64,000 bases of DNA from the human T2T-CHM13v2.0 reference genome, Homo sapiens. A program made the position numbers and the translations under genes. Of the stretch, positions 58,325 to 64,000 are shown piece after piece. Position 1 is the first letter of the stretch, and each line of letters begins with the position of its first letter. The stretch is taken from the NCBI RefSeq assembly GCF_009914755.1, contig NC_060941.1; one strand, 5' to 3'. The notes beneath the pieces were generated by a model, which worked only from the letters and a program-made list of their open reading frames with translations, did not search any database and was not told the origin of the DNA.

Positions 58325-59851
58325 CACTGCCATCCTGGACAGAAAGGCAGGAGCTCTGAGTCCTCAGGTCCACCCATTTCCCTCATGGGGATCCCGAAGC
58401 CCCAAGAGGGGCAGATTCCCCTCACAGCTGCACAGCAGCTCGGTGCCCAAGAACTGGCCAAGCCAGCAAAGCGGGAGCCCTGAAAAATTAGGGGGGAAAT
58501 GGGAGAAAATAATGTGACATTTCAAAAACAGCACCAAAGCAGTCAGCATTGGAAGGAAAATTAGATTTCTGACGGACATCCTGATGTTGGTTTTACTGTT
58601 TTCGTTTTGAATACACAGGCTGGGTCAGGAGCAGTGAGATTTGCCAGCACTCAGGGTTCTAAGGGTCTTGGGCCAGCTCTGGATGGAGGAAGAGCCCCAC
58701 ATGCCCAGAGCAAGGCCCCCCATTAAGGGACTGCAGCCACCTCCAAGGGCTCCTCCCTCCACCCACCAGCTCCCAAATGCCAGAGGGAGCCTCTTCGCCC
58801 TCCCTCCCTGCCCACCATCCCTCAACCATCAGCCTGGCGTTCAAAGCCTTTCCAAGTCCCACCTCACTTTTCCCTCTCCCAAAGGTGCCCAGGCTCTGGG
58901 CAGGCCCTGCTCATATCCCTGATCATGGCACATTCTCTGGAGGACCCTCCTGTTCTCGGGTAGGGGCCGTGCCCCACCTAGGTAGCCGTCCCATGTGGGA
59001 TCCTGTAGGATCTCTAAAACCTAGCTCTGGCCCCAACTTTCTGTCTGCCCTGGAGGTTTCTCAGCCTCCTGAGAGCTCTGCTGGGCCCCGGTCTGGGCAG
59101 AACCTGGGCCTAAACAAACAAGAGCCAGGGCAGCCAGGGTCTCTGCGTGGCTGGGCCCAGGGCTTGCCCTCAGAGCTCACCTGTCCAACAGAAGAGGAGT
59201 GTGCCTCCACCTTCCCTACTGCCCGCCCCTTTTTCAGGGTCTTAGGGCCTCTAGCCCTGTGGTGGGGTGCTGGGTGCCCCAGGTGGAGCTGAAGTCATGG
59301 GGCTGTTGAGGAGTTGGTGTCCACCTGGAGTCTGTCCAGTGAGTTTAGGTCAACAGGTGTGCAGTCTGTCCTTCGAGGCTGAGCCACCTCCCAACAGCCT
59401 GAACAACTCCAGGGGCCTTTTGAGGGAGGGGCAGGCAGGCCCAGTGGGTGGTCAGCCCAAGGTGAACCCACCCACCATGGCCAGGGTTCCTTAGGTTGAG
59501 CCTCCAGTGGGTGAAACCTGGGAGTCCTCAACCTTCCTGGCAGATGGGGCCATTGACAAGAGGAGGTGGGCGGGGCCTCCACAGACTCCGCCCTGTGGTG
59601 TCACACAGCTGGCAGCCAATGGAAAGCAACCAGCCAGGAAGCCCCGGAGCTACCCTTGCTGGGTACCCTTGCTGGGGGACCTGGGCCATCCCAGTTTGTG
59701 CAGAGCGGCCGGAGGCAGTTAGGAGCCCACGTTCAGTCCAAGGCCGTCCACTGAGCCCCGTGTGACTCTGACAGAGCTGGGGGTGTCCATGTCCTCTCTG
59801 GACCTCAGTTCCTGTAAAAAGGCCCGTTGGCCAGATCGGCCGCCGGGCTGC

Positions 59852-60037
59852 TCACAGGTGCACGGGCTGCACGTAACTCCGTGGGAAGAAGCCAACGCGC
59901 CCGCAGGACCGGCCCCGCCACCAGTGGGGGTCTGGGCGCTCCAGGACCTCAATGATGTCGCCACGGCGGAAGCTGAGCTGCGAGGGGTCCTGGGCTGAGA
60001 AGTCAAACTGGGCCTGGGCAAAGCAGGCCCCAGGTGA
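59852..60037 (-). CDS. GRAP: GRAP last coding exon, C-terminal SH3 domain
   Basis: ttgcag|TCA acceptor; SPGACFAQAQFDFSAQDPSQLSFRRGDIIEVL...WWRG...GFFPRSYVQPVHL*. Confidence 0.95.
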   Translation of the reverse strand, partial: SPGACFAQAQFDFSAQDPSQLSFRRGDIIEVLERPDPHWWRGRSCGRVGFFPRSYVQPVHL

Positions 60038-61852
60038 CTGCAAGAAGAGGAGGTGGTTAGTAGGGTGCCTTCAGAAGCCCTGCAACCCACCCTCCCTCAG
60101 AGGCACCCAAGAGAAGTGATTTGCCACAGGTGAGGAGGGGTCTCGGGCAGCACCGGAGTTGAACTTTAAGTCCAGATCAATGGTAGTGCCACCACTGGGC
60201 CTCCTGCTGCCCACACCCCTGCCTGTCTGCTGTGCAGATGCTGCATCTACATAGAACACGGCTTTCCCAGCCGCCCAGCTGGGACAATAGGGCTGGTGGG
60301 TCAGGGGACCTGAGTCCTGGTCCTTAGGGTGGGATTTTGGTTAGGTCCCTGCTTCTCTTGGGATCTTATTTACCCGACTCTGCAGCAGCCATGGTAGCTT
60401 TTGACTCCAGGCCACAAAGCCATGAGAATGGGCCTTATAAACTGTAAAGTGACGTGCAGCTAAGAGTCGTGTTTATTGCTCTTGCCCTTGGTCAGCCGTT
60501 GAGGGAGAGAATTGTCACTTTGAGCTCTCAGGCCTGGGCTCCACTCCTATCTATGCCCCATGTGTGATGTTGGGTAGGTCCCTGCCCTTTGTGGAACTCA
60601 GTTTCCCCACCTGTGAATGGCAGCAGGACAGGAGCTCTCTGCAGCACATCTGCCTGGCACCGTGACTATTGCACCCAGCACCCTGGCCCTGCCTGCCCAC
60701 CAAGATCTCAGCTCTGAATCTGCAGAATCTCATCCAGGATGGGTGATAGGATCAGCAGAGAAGCTGTAATTAGCAGCTCTCTGCCCAGGAAGGAGGAGGC
60801 GTCATAGGTCCCAGGGGACTGAGGCAGCTCTGGAGTCGAGCCACAGGGTGGGTGACCCCACGGCCCGGGCCAGAGCGAGGTGTTGGGTGTAGGGGAGCTC
60901 TCAGTTGCCCCTGCCCTAGCTCCATCCTGGCTTCCTCACACTCTTCCAAGGCAGAGCTGGCCCAGGTGGTGAACAGGGAGGAGGATGGAGATCTGGCAGA
61001 CAGGAGCCCAGCTGGAGAGAAAAGTGCCCTGAGGCTGGGAGCTCACAGTGACCTGGGCACTCAGGGTCAGGCAGGGAAGGCCAACAGAGGAGAAACTAGT
61101 GGGGGTCTCTCAAGGCACTGTTTGACTCCCCTGGCATATCAGACCCCAGGGCTCATCCTACTGAACAGAGGGAACACTGAGGGGATGAACTGGCCTCTGA
61201 TCACATGGAAAGGTGGTGGGGAGGTGCTAGGAACAAGATTTGGCTGGAGCTTCTCTTCAGCGGTTATCAGCCTCTCCCCAGGCCTTGGCCACACTCCCCA
61301 TCTCCTCTGCAGAGCCCAAGCTCAAGTGTCCCAGGGTCTTGACCTCCAGCCCCAGGCCTTGCCAGCATCCCCGCTCCTGAAGAAAACAGCCTGTTGGGGC
61401 TAATAACCCCAGTGGCTATTGTTGGCATCCCAATCAGCTTCAGAGCTGGCCCTTGGGGCTCCTTGATGAAAGGGCTGGCTGGCAAATTGCTGTTATTGCA
61501 AGGTCAAGGGGTGGATGACCCCGACCCCCCACCCCCCACCCCCCACCCCGCGGCTTGCCAGGATCTCGCCCACCAGCACTCATGCTGCCCCACACCCAAG
61601 GTCAACTCTTCCGCGAGCAGAAACCAGGACTGAGCCTACCAGGTAAGTGTCCTTGGATGAGTCACTGCACTCTCTGAGCCTCGGTTTCCTCATCTGTATA
61701 ATGGGCATGATGAGGCTCCCAGAGTACAGAGACCAGTTCAGTGCATGGTACCCAGTATGCTCAGTGGGGGTCTGTACCTTCCTTCACTCAATGAACATTT
61801 ATTGAGCACCTACTGTGTGCCACATGCTATTCTAGGAGCTGAGAACAAGCTA

Positions 61853-62374
<522 letters not shown>

Positions 62375-62970
62375 TCACGGTGGGACCTGGAGTCAGATAA
62401 GGTGCAAGTGGGAGAGGCCCCACTGACCCAGCTCCACATGGGGTCTGGGGAGTCCCATCTGGCAGTGGAATATGGGGTTAATTTAAGGGTGTGGGCTCTG
62501 AACCAGGCCACTTTCTCACTGTGTGACCTCATGCAAGTCTCTCAACTTCTCTGAACCTCAGTTTTCTCATAATGATAACATCTCCGTTATGGATAAGTGC
62601 ACAGTGACTGGCATATTGGCAACGTGAAATGGGTACCTCTGAGTGTGTCGTGATCAGAGAGCATCTCCTTCACATCTCTTTGTTGTTCCCCTCAGCTTGG
62701 ACCTACTCCCTGCTCCCCTGCTCCTCCCATGCCCCAGAGTCCCTTGGGGAGCAAGTCCTAGACTCATCCTGACTCAGACCAAAGCCTACTGCTATGAGAG
62801 GAGCTCAGACCTGTTGAATGTCTCACGTCCTCCCCCTCCCATGAACCTTCCGTGGCTTCTCCCTTGGCCTCAGGGTAAACTCTTAACACTTCAGACTCAA
62901 GATCTGGCTCCACTTACATGTCCAGCTTCATTTACTTTATATCCTCTCCGATGAAGCAAGCAGGCCCCTT

Positions 62971-63804
<834 letters not shown>

Positions 63805-64000
63805 GAGCCTGCTCTTTCAAACTGGCCAGAGGCAGAGCCTGTCCTGGCTGGGACTGGGCAGAGGAACTAACTGGAACCTCTCACACTCGGCGTGTCCACC
63901 CAGGACAGGCCTTGTGGGGCTGGGACTGGAGGCGGTGCAGCTGTGGGTCAAGATCATGGCAGACATGACTGCAGCGCTGCCCCGCTGTGCTTCGGGGGTG

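Overview
Human-type genomic DNA: GC-rich, with Alu/L1/L2/MIR repeats. The proteins identify it as the SLC5A10-FAM83G-GRAP locus (17p11.2, from recall). On the + strand are the last 10 coding exons of SLC5A10/SGLT5 (5543-58324; 445 aa in the window, all splice phases consistent). On the - strand, the complete FAM83G/PAWS1 gene (about 41300 down to about 5290; 824 aa spliced ORF here) is interdigitated with SLC5A10, and the last two exons of GRAP (62276-59852) converge on the SLC5A10 3' end. The most unexpected element is an ancient mitochondrial ATP6 fragment (NUMT) at about 22650-22890. It reads through only in the vertebrate mitochondrial code, was partly duplicated 2.74 kb away, and supplies AATAAA hexamers on both strands inside a doubly transcribed intron. 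Other observations: the FAM83G 3'UTR is antisense to three SLC5A10 coding exons; an out-of-frame overlapping uORF precedes FAM83G; an 18-bp repeat triplicates an SLC5A10 splice donor in frame; and there is a 425-bp Alu-containing tandem duplication in a GRAP intron. Most ORFs in the six-frame track are spurious. Exon numbers and repeat family names are from recall and by-eye recognition, not from database searches.
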